NCBI GenBank assembly: GCA_016906335.1
Contig: JADEYG010000007.1
Location: forward strand, 1,674,001-1,738,000
DNA: 64,000 nt
Direction: 5' to 3'
DNA from: Novakomyces olei
Lineage: Eukaryota
Below, in pieces: positions 13,759 to 26,165 of the stretch; the stretch's first letter is position 1; the number at the start of each line of letters is the position of its first letter. Below the pieces are notes generated by a model. That model was not told the origin of the DNA, made no database searches, and worked only from the letters and a program-made list of their open reading frames with translations. The position numbers were made by a program, and so were the translations under genes.

Positions 13759-13888
13759 ACCTGATCCACTGTCTCGATGCCATAAAAAGGAAGGACAGGC
13801 ACGCTTGAGCCAACGTCAGACGTCTGTGCCGTTAGTCCATTTATTTACTGCATCGCTGCGGCGCTCGTGTCCGCGTAATTTAGCGGAC

Positions 13889-16318
13889 ATGGCGTCGCCT
13901 GCAACGGACGCTCCACAGCTCGATCTGCCATTGGACGCGGAGGCGACGGAGGCGAAAGCAGTCTCTGTGACTGAAGCCGATTCCGGTCAGGGCACTCCGA
14001 GCAGATCGCTGTTGAACAGCGATCTGCCACAGTCGCTGGACGATACGAGACGGCCGCCTGTAATTGCTCACGAGGAGACGTATATGGATCCTTGGACGGG
14101 TGAAGAGGCGGCTATGCCTCTGCCTCGAGCGCTAGATTCGTCGGCTCTGGCTGGCAAACCGGGAGAAGAGCCTGATGAAGTGGAGAACGTGCTGCGTGAC
14201 CCAGTTGCGTCTGATATAACGCGAAAGGAAAGGCTACAGGCGCTGCTTTCTCACGCTGCTGCCAGTGGAGACGTGGAGACATTGGGCAAAATCTTGAACG
14301 GACCAGCTCGCGGCTACGTTGATCTTAATCAGCAGGATGATAATGGAACTACTCCGCTTATTTACGCTACGTGTTTTGGAAAGCAGGAGGCTGTTCGCCT
14401 CCTGCTTAATGCCGGTGCGGACGTGGACGCTCAAGACCGGAACAAGTGGACAGCGCTAATATGGGCAACTAACAATAACCATGCGGAACTGGTAAAAGAT
14501 CTGATAAAGTTTGGCGCTTCGCGTACTCTGCAGTCTTCGTCGGGAAGAACAGCGGCAGATTTTATTGCCCCGGACGCACATGACGATATAGTAGAGTACC
14601 TGCAGCACCACGATACAACGATAGGCCGAGCGGGTATCGGTACTGAGGACTATACTACAGGCGGAGGAGGCAACAGCCATTCAACATCTGGGTTCGGTGA
14701 TCATTCGTTTGAAGAGCAAATGATGGAGGAGGATGCGAGGCGGCGAATTTTGATGGAGAGTACGTACAATTTAGAGGTGGATTTAGGCGCCCTTGGCCTG
14801 GATGAAACGAGGCATGGGCAAGATTTTGGAGGGCGCACTTACGGTGGAGGCATGGACGATGATGGTGCAGATGACGATAGGGAAGGCACTGGAGACGGAC
14901 TGGAGCAAGAGTGGCAGTTCTTTGTGGTCAGTGAGAGCGATGTACCCAAGCTTGTAAGGATCCTGGTGACGGACATGCAGCCGCTGAGATCAAATTCACA
15001 GCGGCCGGTTCCTGCTAATGTAATGTACCTCAGTATGAGGTACGCAGTGCTGTACGGTGGCACTGAGCTGTTGAACATACTGGTCGAAGAGTTTTTCACT
15101 GCCGTTGAACAAGTTTTGCAGGCAAAAGCACACGATATGACGATCCTGGCCTTTTGGATGTCCAACTGTACAATGCTCATGTTTTACCTGCAGCGTGAGG
15201 CCATGATCCTTCGGGAGCATGAGTTTATACGGGACCGGCTACAGGAGATTATAAGACTGGCCTACTTTGCGTTTACCAGGGACGCTGAGCGGCGAATTGA
15301 AAGGCAGCTGGACTCGTGTATCCTGGGGTTCGAACAGATCGAGGGGCTGGAGGATGTAAAGTACGAAAGCGACTGGAGAATATTCCGTAAAAGTCATAGT
15401 AATGCCCACGGAAATAGTAGCCATAATTCCTCACGCAGCAATAGGCGCCGGCCGCCCTCGCCTCGAGCTCGATCAGACCCGTCGCCGAGGAACGTGACGT
15501 CGTTGCTGAGCTCAACGCTGTTTGTCCTTGACGCGTACGATATTCATCCGACTATTATTATTCAGGTTTTTTCACAGATTTATTATTGGATTGGAGCGGA
15601 GCTTTTCAACAAGATTCTGCGGGATAAAGCGTACCATTCACGGAGTAAGGCCATGGAAATAAGGCTCAATTTATCCTCCGTCGAGGACTGGGCGCTGTAT
15701 AATAACCGCAAGACAAGTCCTCAGGCTTACGAGGTTCAGCACTCTCTCAAACTTGCACCCTTGTCCGACTATGCACGTGCTCATTTCGCCACGCTTGTTC
15801 AGATGCTGCAGTGGCTACAATGCCTTTCCAGTTTGTCTGACGACTTGGAGACAATTAAGGCTACATTGCAAGCTCTTCACTTGCTCAACCCGTCTCAGCT
15901 TTTAAAGGTGGCCAAGGAGTACCGTTTAGAAGTGGGCGAGCCCCGAGTTTCAAAGACTCTGATTAATTATTTAAACGGACTCATTCGTGGCCAGAGTATC
16001 AGTGGGAAAGTAGTAGGGAATAGTACGGAACCGCTCGAGATTAATTCCGCAGTTGATCTGCAGTTTCAGCTGCCTACAGAAATAGATCTCGTTATTACTT
16101 ATGGTTCTGGGCTGGGAGGCATGAACCGTAAACGCGAGCGACAGTACCAGCCTTTTGTTCCGTCTGATATTGTTGATAAAATGGACGTTGGCAGTGGTGC
16201 TCGGAATGATCGCAGAACAATTCCGACCGAAGTGTTTAGCGATCAGCTTCAGTCTAGTGCGAACGAAGACGGGTCGAACCCCGAAGACGACGCTGCACTA
16301 GAGCCTCATTGGCAGTGA
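13889..16318 (+). CDS. Ankyrin-repeat and Dilute (DIL) domain protein
   Basis: Ankyrin repeats (GTTPLIYA, WTALIWA); DIL-like FNKILRDKAYHSRSKAMEIRLNLSSVEDW and LNPSQL motifs; first ATG at 13889. Confidence 0.85.
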   Translation: MASPATDAPQLDLPLDAEATEAKAVSVTEADSGQGTPSRSLLNSDLPQSLDDTRRPPVIAHEETYMDPWTGEEAAMPLPRALDSSALAGKPGEEPDEVENVLRDPVASDITRKERLQALLSHAAASGDVETLGKILNGPARGYVDLNQQDDNGTTPLIYATCFGKQEAVRLLLNAGADVDAQDRNKWTALIWATNNNHAELVKDLIKFGASRTLQSSSGRTAADFIAPDAHDDIVEYLQHHDTTIGRAGIGTEDYTTGGGGNSHSTSGFGDHSFEEQMMEEDARRRILMESTYNLEVDLGALGLDETRHGQDFGGRTYGGGMDDDGADDDREGTGDGLEQEWQFFVVSESDVPKLVRILVTDMQPLRSNSQRPVPANVMYLSMRYAVLYGGTELLNILVEEFFTAVEQVLQAKAHDMTILAFWMSNCTMLMFYLQREAMILREHEFIRDRLQEIIRLAYFAFTRDAERRIERQLDSCILGFEQIEGLEDVKYESDWRIFRKSHSNAHGNSSHNSSRSNRRRPPSPRARSDPSPRNVTSLLSSTLFVLDAYDIHPTIIIQVFSQIYYWIGAELFNKILRDKAYHSRSKAMEIRLNLSSVEDWALYNNRKTSPQAYEVQHSLKLAPLSDYARAHFATLVQMLQWLQCLSSLSDDLETIKATLQALHLLNPSQLLKVAKEYRLEVGEPRVSKTLINYLNGLIRGQSISGKVVGNSTEPLEINSAVDLQFQLPTEIDLVITYGSGLGGMNRKRERQYQPFVPSDIVDKMDVGSGARNDRRTIPTEVFSDQLQSSANEDGSNPEDDAALEPHWQ

Positions 16319-16460
16319 GCGATTTGAAGCGGACCATAAAGCAATACGTTTCGTATACGCTTGGCGTGCTAAAAATGTAGTGAAATGTTTTGCCCAACGG
16401 TTATCGGCAATGCTTGTATTATACCAGTGACGTTATGAAGTACAATTGATTAGATGATTA

Positions 16461-16663
<203 letters not shown>

Positions 16664-16777
16664 GCTAAGCGCTATTCAGCTTCATCAAATCAGCCTCTCT
16701 ATGCACAGGAAAAATCTCCATATTAGTAACGCTATCCTCTCATTAACCAATTAATTTTTTTATATGTATCAACTACA

Positions 16778-18298
16778 CTATACAGGCGGTTTCCCATACA
16801 GACCGTGTACTGACGGATCAACCACGTCTCCCACACTCAACCCAAGCCCTGAAAAACTGTCTACAGGAGCTTGCGCCGGTACAGGAGATGAATAATAGAT
16901 CTGATCTTGCAGACCCCAAGCTCCCTCTCGTCGAGCCCAGTCAGGGCAGTTTTCACCCTCTGTTCCTTGCCTTTGAACATCATTTATGTATATTGCTGCA
17001 GTTATATCATAGCTCCGTCCTTCATTGGCTTTAAGCCGCATTTGTCCCTTTAATGTTTGACCGGAATTAACTGCCAAGGGCTCTCTCAGTAGGAACCTTA
17101 CTTGCTGCCAATGTGTCATACGGGCAAAAGGAGAAGTATCCAGCTTTGCTGGGGCTACAAGGCCCACGGGTACTTGGCAATTGCCTAAGAAATCCAAATC
17201 AAACCATCCCGCCAGCCCGTGGACGACGCCAGTACGCTCAATTGTCCAGCAAAGCGGGATCTCAAACTCTACCAGCTCGCGTTGTGTAACACTGCCAAAG
17301 TCTACAGTATGAGTAGAGGTCTGCGAAGTCAGTCCTACAAATTCTGGAGGGAATATCCCGACTATCGGCATACTCATATTCTCATCAAAAGCATCCTTAA
17401 ACAGAGGGGAAACGTCGATATCGTAAAAGGCAGTGTTGTCCCAAAATTTGCTACGGCTCATCATTTCCGCCCAGAGAGCCGCATCTGTAAACGGGGTCAC
17501 GTGAATTGTTCCACTGCAGGGTAATAAAAGGCCTCCCGGTTTCAGGTAGCGGTCGCGTGCCTCAATATAACTTTCGAGCATGCGTTCGTGCACGAGAAAG
17601 ACACCGATTGGTTCGGAAATTATTGCGTCTACTTTTTCTGGCAGTGTTACATGCTCGATTTTGCCTTTAATCACTGTGACTTTTTCTCGAAGTAGCGCGT
17701 TTGTAGGGTTTATTGATGGCTGTCGTGTTAGAAACCCTAGGAATTTGCACAATTTATACAAAAACTTTATATTATTCATTTGACGTGATCCATCCAGTTG
17801 TTGCTTTTCATTTGTTTAATTTTATATTCGGTTCAATTTTCAATTATTGCCTTCTCTGTTTCAATTTTTTTTTTCTTATGTTGAAATCATAATTAAACTT
17901 TCTTTTCATGCTTCGCGTTTCGTTTATTATTTTTCATTATTCTTTTCGTTTTTTGTTCTTACACTGTTTAAAAGCTTTCTACACTTGTTGGCCACGTCTG
18001 AGGCCTCAACAGCGTATACTTTAGCCGCTCCTGCTTGAGCAGCGAAAAAGCTCAAGATTCCAGATCCACTGCCGACGTCGAGTACGGTTTGGCCATATAA
18101 TTTATCTGCACCGTGGAAAAAAATAGCCTGCTGGTACGTCATTGTGCGAACCGTGTCCTGCAGCATATTTTGCTGATGTTGAAGTCTGATATTAGCAAAT
18201 CATATACAATTGGTCGCGTACTGTGCATAATATCCCAAATACACGGGATCGCGTGCCTCCACGGGCGGTATTTCCGCGGCACGAGCACTCTGGTCCAT
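16778..18298 (-). CDS. Protein arginine methyltransferase, CARM1/PRMT4-like, 3 exons
   Basis: [18 protein letters not shown] after splicing, [37 protein letters not shown] double-E loop, THWQQVR. Confidence 0.85.
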
Positions 18299-18436
18299 GA
18301 TGGCAGAGTGTCATTTACGCCTGTGCGAATTTATTATATAAATTATAAATATTGAGTATTTATGCCTGTACATTAATTAATGTATGGAGATGAATTGTCT
18401 GCTCATTATAGAGAGATTTCTGTGCTTAGATAAGAA

Positions 18437-18451
18437 TAACCCTAACCCTAA
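18437..18451. promoter_or_regulatory. Telomere-like TAACCCTAACCCTAA motif upstream of PRMT gene
   Basis: Direct read, ~140 bp upstream of ATG 18298. Confidence 0.5.
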
Positions 18452-18611
18452 TCATTATTACAATTAGTACAAACCGGTTTGTTTACAGAGTAAGCAAATG
18501 AGCAAACGTCAAATATCTGTAATCTCGATTAATGCAATTGTACCTTAAATGCGCAGCCCCATCACCACCACTCCACCATCCTCATGACTAAAATATTTAC
18601 ACTGCCTGCAG

Positions 18612-20616
18612 CTATATATTAACGCTAAAGCTCCTTAAACTATTGCGTGCAGAACCTGCTGCGGGCCGCCGAGGAGCTGCAAACTGCTTCCCATTATCTT
18701 GGTGAACAGCAATCGGCTCCGTGTTTTCATCAGCCTTTTGAGTGGCTGATGTGAATTTCTTATTTACTGCTGTTGATACGCGTTGCCGCCACGAAGGTTT
18801 ACGCGTTACTGATGTTTCTCCTCCGGATTCAGAAGCGTGTCGGCGTTGCTGGGGCAACGCATCCTCCTCCTGTGAATTGTCGTTTACTTGTGCAAGACGC
18901 TTTCTCAAACGCGATGCACTTTGCATAGATCGCGAGGTGGTGGCGTCAGCAGTGCCTGTAGCATTTATGCAAGAGGAATGGTGGGATGAAAGCCGTTCAA
19001 CTAGTGCACCGGCCTCTATTGCCATTTCCCGTCTTGCTTCGATAAGCCTTTGCTCAATGCCGCTTACCATTTCGTCAAACTTGACGGTTTCTTGCTTTTT
19101 GCGTATAATTTCTCGGTTCAGACTCTCGTTTTCGAATCGTTGGGTTCGGCATTGTTCCTGCAACGATTCCAAGTCCCTACGTCTTGCTGTAATTTGGCCG
19201 TCTAATGCACCCAGCGCATCCTGTAAAGCTTGTTCCATACGATCCGTTTGATTTTTCACGGAAGAAATCGTCGATTCTTGAGCCTTTGCTAGTGAATTGT
19301 TCCACTCTGTTTGTAAACTTAAATTTAATTGATCAAGATTTATCCGCTTGAGCACGCGTGACTCTAATGTTTCCAGCTGGCTGGCAAACTTTGTCTCCAA
19401 TTGGTCAATATTCTGTTTGATTTTGTATACGCTGTCCGTCAAATTGTGTACATTACCATCCAAGCCGCGAGTTTGCGTGGCGGCCACGGAACCCGTTTCT
19501 TCCACCGACGCCAGTACATCCCTCAAACTTGACAATTCCTGTCTTAAATGTGCCATCAAGTCTGTTGATGATCCAGACAATGCCCTTGTTATCTCTGCCA
19601 TTGAGCTGCCTAACGAGGAGACCATTTCTGATTGTAAAGCATCCGCCCTCACCCTGTAAGCCTGCGTTAACTGAGACTCAATGCTACTGGAAAGCGCTGG
19701 CACAATTTGAGCTTGAAGGGTTAAAAGAGATTCTTGTACGGATGTAAGAGTATTTTGCTGGTTAGCCGTTGTGATTTGCTCTAGTCGGGTTGTGAAGGCG
19801 CTTTGTTGCAAGTCGTATTGCCCTAGACACTTTTGCATTGTTGCCGTCATTGATTCTGGCAGACTGGTGAGATTGGCACTTGCAATATGCTGAAAGCCTT
19901 CATTGGCCGTTTGGGAGAGCAGTTTAATACTCGAAATATCTTGGCTCATTACCGCCAGTAATTCTTGGAGATGCTCTTCTTGTCCTGTCGGAGCTGCTAG
20001 CGATGCAGGTGTTTGAGGCACACAATTTTGCGCTTTCAATAGCTGCAAAATTTTGTCCAATTTTATCTGATCCCCCCCTGTTGCAGAATCACTAGAGTCT
20101 GTGATGCATTTGATTTGGCCAATAATAGCTTGAGTATCAATAGGAGAGCGCTGAGATTTTTCCATTTCTTTCTTTAGCGCCATCAAGTCAGAAGCGTTTC
20201 CGGTTGAGCGTTTGTCCAGCTTCTTAATTACGCGAAGCGTTTCACTAACCAAATCATACACTTCTTCCACTGATCGCTCACGCGACACAGAGTCTCTGAA
20301 TTCGTCAAGCGGTTTTCGCAATTGTCGTGACGATGCCGACGTATTATGCGCTGAACCGAGTCGGTTTGAGGCTGACGAGATTGGAGATTCTGGCATTGGA
20401 AGAGGTGCTGGGCTTCGATGAGGATCAGCCGAGTCCCACCTGGATACTGTTAAAATAAAGCAATCAGGAAATCATACTGGTAAAGAACTGACTATGAAAA
20501 GCAGAGAAAAAGTATATGCAAAACACGATGTAAAGCAGAAAAAGGGGATTTCGTTCTTACATTGGAACAGACGTCGTCCTTGAGGACACAGATGCCGACG
20601 AGGTCGTCCGCTTCAT
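18612..20616 (-). CDS. Coiled-coil protein of unknown function; exons 20616-20561 and 20439-18612
   Basis: 594-aa ORF with heptad-like composition; a GTAAGA..TTAAC..CAG intron links an upstream ATG exon in frame, giving ...VPMWDSADPHRSPAPLP. Confidence 0.75.
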
Positions 20617-22224
20617 ACTGATTTGGGCGTGGACAGCCTTGGTAGGCTCGCTCTGTTTATATTGTAAACACGGTTGCTATGGAGCAATTATACAAGTAAT
20701 TGTCATATATTAGCTCGAGACATCGAAATTCGAATCGCTTATCATTATTATGGCATATATAGGGGCAACGCGGAATATTTCAGTATACATGAAGTGTAGT
20801 GTATATAAAATACGCATAGCATACTAGTTTAGTGTAAATAGCACGATTCGGACACATACGCAAACAAGCAAATATATGAAATACGTACAGGCGAGATAGT
20901 CTAGTGCCTTACAGACCTATGCTTGTGGAGAAATACTTTAATGAATTCAATAGAACACTGCCATCATTGCTTTCTCCTTGTCTGACATTAACTTTTTGTA
21001 GCCGCCAGTAAAAGCGGTCCACGTGGACATACTCCATGTTGCGTGGGCATCTAGTTCAAATCTCCGGAAAAGGTACTAGCAAAATTGTAAAGCGCCTAAA
21101 TCTCACGCTATATCGCGTATATAAACAAACCAAACACATTACAAATCACTCGATATCACGAACAACTACCACTAAGACCTCAGAGTCCAATGGCGCTGCC
21201 GGTTACTATCGTGCGGTTACTACCAATCTGTGCCTGGATTGCACTGCTATGGCCAATGCGAGGCAGTGGGCCTTTATCTGCAATTATATCGAAAAGCCGC
21301 CTGCTATTAACCCTTGACAGGCATCACATGAAAGTATGAAATCAGGGGAGCTACGGTATATTACTTGTTGGGAACGGATCCGATATACGGTTCGTTCGAA
21401 CGGGGCATGGCAACGTTACGGTTCAAAGAAAACCCTGAACAAGGCGCAATTATGAATTTCGTGTGTAAATTATATATAATAAAATGAATTGAGGAGAGCG
21501 AGTCGAGAATGAATGAAAAATCCAATTGAAATGAAAACTGAACGCCATGCGTAGTATGCATAAGATTAATAGAATCGTTTATACGTATAATAAGAGAGTA
21601 ATAGTGTGAAATAACCACAGTAGGGCATAAACGAGGATACTTGTGTCCGAGAATAGATAGCTTGTGTAGAAACAGCTTTAAAAAAAGGCAAAAAGCGACG
21701 TTATCGGACTTGAAGCCTACCCCAAAGTCCCACTGTCCCGCCGATTGAACAGTAACGAATGCCTATACATGACTTTGAATTTTGGACCTCCTTGAGGTCC
21801 TTGAGGGAGGTTGAAAAACATGTAGAATCAACAGCATTAACAATGACTAGCAAAGTTCAAAAATAATAAAAAGTAGTAAAAGAGAAGAGATAATAAAAGA
21901 GAAAAGTCTCCGATGACCTGCGTCTCATAATTGTATGCTTTGAAACAGGCATTATTTATTGAACCGGTAGTGCGATAAAAACGTAACCGAGACAATTAAA
22001 GTAATAAAACGACGAGAAAAAAACCTATATTCCACTCGCATGCGTGCATACATAAATACTTGAAAATGCGCCAAGTATAATTATATCAACAACTAGAAAA
22101 AAAAACAAATATATTATCGCAGGGGACTCGGTCGTAACTGAGCAATCACAATCAAGAGCAAGTAACGGCGACGACAGCCAACAGTGTCCCGGCTAAAGAC
22201 TGGCAGCCTCTGTGCGCTGCAGGC

Positions 22225-23323
22225 ATGAGCGCCTCGAAAACTTCGGCTTTAACCGGCCGCCGGCGACGCGCGGGCGGCTCGGGAAATAAACGCGAGAGAT
22301 TCACCGTGGCAGACGACGAGGATCGTATGCAAGCGCCAGTACCCAAGAACAGGCACGGGAGCCGTTCGCCCAATGGAAAATTAGAGGCCGAAAAACATGT
22401 GAAAGCAGTTAAAAGTGCAGACTCGTCTAAATCAGATTTTGGCCAGTTTATGGATAAATTTGTGCACAAATGGGAAGTGCCACGCAAAACTTTACACACG
22501 TCTATAGGTAATTGCAAACATCAAGCCAATATAAAGGATTGCTTTTAAATCTATTTATTCTGTTTTTTTTCAGTTCATTTTGGTTTAATTCATTTTTGTT
22601 TAACTCATCTTTGTTTATAATTTATTTAATTCTATTAGTGGGTGTATTCGATCAGTATTTTATTTTGTAGGGTCTGATCCTGCTCAAGCGTCTTTGGTAT
22701 TAACACGACCAGGCTTGTTAACGCTCTACTTGTACCGGCACGGCTATAGTACGTCAGACATTACGCCAAAATTAGCCGCTCTGTTTGCGCCTATCGCCGG
22801 GTTCGATATTTTACGGTTCCGGCTACCAGCGTTGAATCGAGCGTATTGCGCAATTCTCGGGCCGCTAATGCGACAGTCAGAGACTCACGGGTGGAACGGT
22901 GTAGTCTTTTATCTCATTGGCACTTGGACCGTTCTTAAATTTTGTGCTATGGATATTGCTATGGTATCCATCTTCTTGCTAGCCTATTGCGATACTGCGG
23001 CAGCCTGGGCCGGACGTAACTTTGGGAAGTACGGACCACAGATACGGAAGGGGAAGAGCCTTATTGGTGCAATTGCTTCTTTCATCGCGGGCACACTGGC
23101 CACGTTTTCGTTTTATTCTTTTTTCGCGTTCGCCAATGATTCCCGGTTTCTTTGGAATCCTGATATCTCTCACCTGAACACTGCTTCTTTTAGTGTACTG
23201 GCCGGTTTGGCAGGATCGTTTAGTGAGATTGTTGATATCTTTGGTCTCGACGACAATGTTGTTATTCCTATCGTGTCTGCCGCCCTGATAAACGCAGTCG
23301 CCTACTTGGCACGTGTATCATAG
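22225..23323 (+). CDS. DGK1: CTP-dependent diacylglycerol kinase; intron 22508-22712
   Basis: WEVPRKTLHTSIG, LMRQSE, WNGVVFY, CDTAAA, GKSLIG, GLDDNVVIP. Confidence 0.92.
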
Positions 23324-23997
23324 TAATGATGTATTGCAATGCTTTTGATATGGGGCTCTGGTATCTGGTTTTATTTAACTTTCGTTTAATTTTTGGTTCT
23401 CCTTCGACTCTTTCTGATTTGTTTAATTGAACCAACAAGTTTTACAAGTTTTCTTCGTTTATTTCTGTATCTCCTATTATTTAATGTCTTTGTTTTACTA
23501 CGGTTTTGCTACTCAAATGTTTCATAGTACAGATAGACTCGTTAAACAGGTATTGGAACAATTGCACGGACTTTACCAGAATGTAGCTCTGGATCTGGAT
23601 TAGAGAATAATAAACTCGGTACTGATCGATTGAATAATGGTAGAGCTTTTGCTTTATAAGGCGGTGCCCGTCCGCATATCAACGGCCATTCTCGATTAGA
23701 TTATGAGGCCAATCTTCATCATTTTTATCGCTTTCAATATTTCAATGAAATCATTAGAACGTATTAGAGATTCTACTAACGTATTACAATAGTTGTGAAT
23801 AACCATCATCGCTTTTCCGCCTTCCCGAGGTAAGTATAAGGATTGGGATTAGAAACGTTACCTACAAATAATAAGGGTAAAATCAAAGAGCACTATATAG
23901 AATACTAGAAAATTATGTGGTAGATGAAAAATATACAGTAGATGGGAAAATATATTTATATAAAAATGGCAGTAGTAGCATAGAACCAAAACCAAAC

Positions 23998-25289
23998 CTA
24001 GATCCCAAACAGCATAGAAACAGACTCGCCATTGTGAATCCGTCGAATCGCTTCAGCAAACACTGGGGCCACATCCAATACCACCAATTTCGAAGTGTGT
24101 TGACAATTTTCGTCTTGTGGAGCAGAGTTCGTTACAACTAATCGATCAAGCGCAGACTTGTTCAACCTGGCAATTGCGTCACCAGACAGAATAGCATGAG
24201 TTACTAAGGCCTCGACATGTGTGGCTCCACTGTCCTTGAGCAAATTAGCAGCTCGAGTAATAGTAGCTGCTGTGTCAACCAGATCATCTATAAGAATTGC
24301 TACTTTGCCCTCAACGTCGCCCACCAGCATCATGCTATTAGCAGCGCCGGCATCTTCACTTCTAACCCGACCCGTTTGAATGTCACGGCGCTCCTTATGG
24401 ATCAGAGCGAAGTCCATGCCTAAAGCATCGGCGATAGCAGTAGCACGTTTAGCTCCACCAGCATCAGGTGATACAATAACCGCGTTCCTGTAATCCGGGA
24501 TGGATAAAGCAATATATTTCTGTAGCAACGGCCGTCCAAATAAATTGTCCACTGGAATATCAAAAAAGCCTTGAAATTGAGGATCGTGTAGGTCCATTGT
24601 TATTATATGATCTGCACCAGCACACGTTAACAAATCGGCAATCAGAGTCCCCGCCTGGGCCACCCATTCCCTATAGTTTGTTGTATGATGAGCAGGTGCA
24701 TCGTTCCAGATTCGCATTGTCGTTGGTGCGCTATTGAAATTGTTATTGCTTGCTTTATTACTATTATTGCCACTGCTGCTGCTGCCATTCTCCGTGTGGA
24801 TAGACGTAGTCTGTGTCAGATCATCACGTAATCCAAAAACCGAGTTGTCCAGTTTATCCAGACTCATTTTGGAATTGCTCTGTGGCGCGCCAGTGTGGGA
24901 ATGAGGGTAGTCGGGCTGCCGTGAGTAAGGGAAAACAGGTAAAACTGCCGTCACTTTTTTTGCACTTGCAGTCTTGCAAGCCGATATCATAATAAGAAGC
25001 TCCATTAAATGATCATTGACCTGCCCAGAGGCAGGCGATATTACGTAAACGTCGCATTCCCTAACAGACTCGCGAATCGTGACAGACGTTTCGCCATTAC
25101 TAGAAACGGATTAGCTCGTGTGCCGGTTTTGATTGCTTTTTGATTCTTTTTTTGATTTCTTTGTGTAAAAAGAGTATACCTGAATTTGCCCAGTTGTACT
25201 CGGCCTTCAGGAAGCGATAATCGTTCACAGATGGCCTTTGTAAGCTTTGGGTGGGAGGAAGACCCGAGAACCACGACCCCCCTCATCAT
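23998..25289 (-). CDS. PRS5: Ribose-phosphate pyrophosphokinase with internal insertion (Prs5-like), multi-exon
   Basis: ELLIMISACK, FPYSRQ, MDLHDPQFQGFFD, VSPDAGGAKR, DDLVDT; N-rich insertion. Paralog assignment is tentative. Confidence 0.85.
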
Positions 25290-25598
25290 TTGACTCTAGA
25301 GCCTTTTGCACTCGTACGTATATCTGTGAAGTACTACTTGTTTAAAGCATATTTTAAATGATAATAATCATATATACACTCTCACCATGTGCGCCGTCAC
25401 TTTGTATTGTTGTATAAGTCTTGTCTGCCTAGACATTATAATTATTTATATATATTTTTATAATATATTTTTATATATATATACATACATATTGTTGAAA
25501 TTATTGCACAGTTGATACGGTCAATAGCTCTCAGTCTTGAGGCGCTCAGTGCTTAAAGCTTCATCGCTTTCAATGTAAAAATGCCATAATTCTGAGCT

Positions 25599-26043
25599 AT
25601 GACGTTTTACAGGATCGCTGTTCAACGATCGTTCCTGTTTTCTCATCATTTACTCGCGCAAAGTAAGCGTCAAGCGTTGAAGGCATGGGCTGTCGAATAT
25701 AACGTTTGGACGATCATAAAGTCTGGCCGTCCAGGGTTTTTAGTCTTCGAAGGTCTGGAAACGGATTGTACCGCTATTATTCGCCAAGTGAAACGTTTAA
25801 GATGGCAGCATTTGTATGTGCGCTATACTGAGCAGCAAAGCTTGGAAGGCAGTGATGCCTTTGCGTTCATTAGACTCGCGCGGTTGAATCAGAAGCCTTG
25901 TGCCTTTGAGGTTTGTTCAATGAAAGACTTTAATTCATGGTAAAGACAATAACATTTTAATACTACGGCTCACACTGTATATTAGTCTCCATAAAGCAGG
26001 ATTAGAGGAGTTTCTGGCTGCCGCCATGAAGGGCAAACCATAA
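25599..26043 (+). CDS. Small DUF1115 / RWDD2 C-terminal-like protein
   Basis: FSHHLL..KR, KSGRPG.LVFEG, VKRLRWQ pattern; probable short 3' exon ending at TAA 26043. Confidence 0.6.
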
Positions 26044-26165
26044 TCTACGGCTTTACGATTTATCAATGAGGGTCGGGGCTAATAAATGATTGTATATGCA
26101 CATTTAGTTCAACTGATGAACTCAAAATGATTTTACAATGCTTGCTATTGTTATAATGCATGAAA

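Noticed and set aside
21300-21440. TAACCCT as a possible telomerase RNA template
   Set aside because: Reads TAACCCTT, which does not give the 1.5 repeats needed to template TTAGGG; no other TER elements recognised
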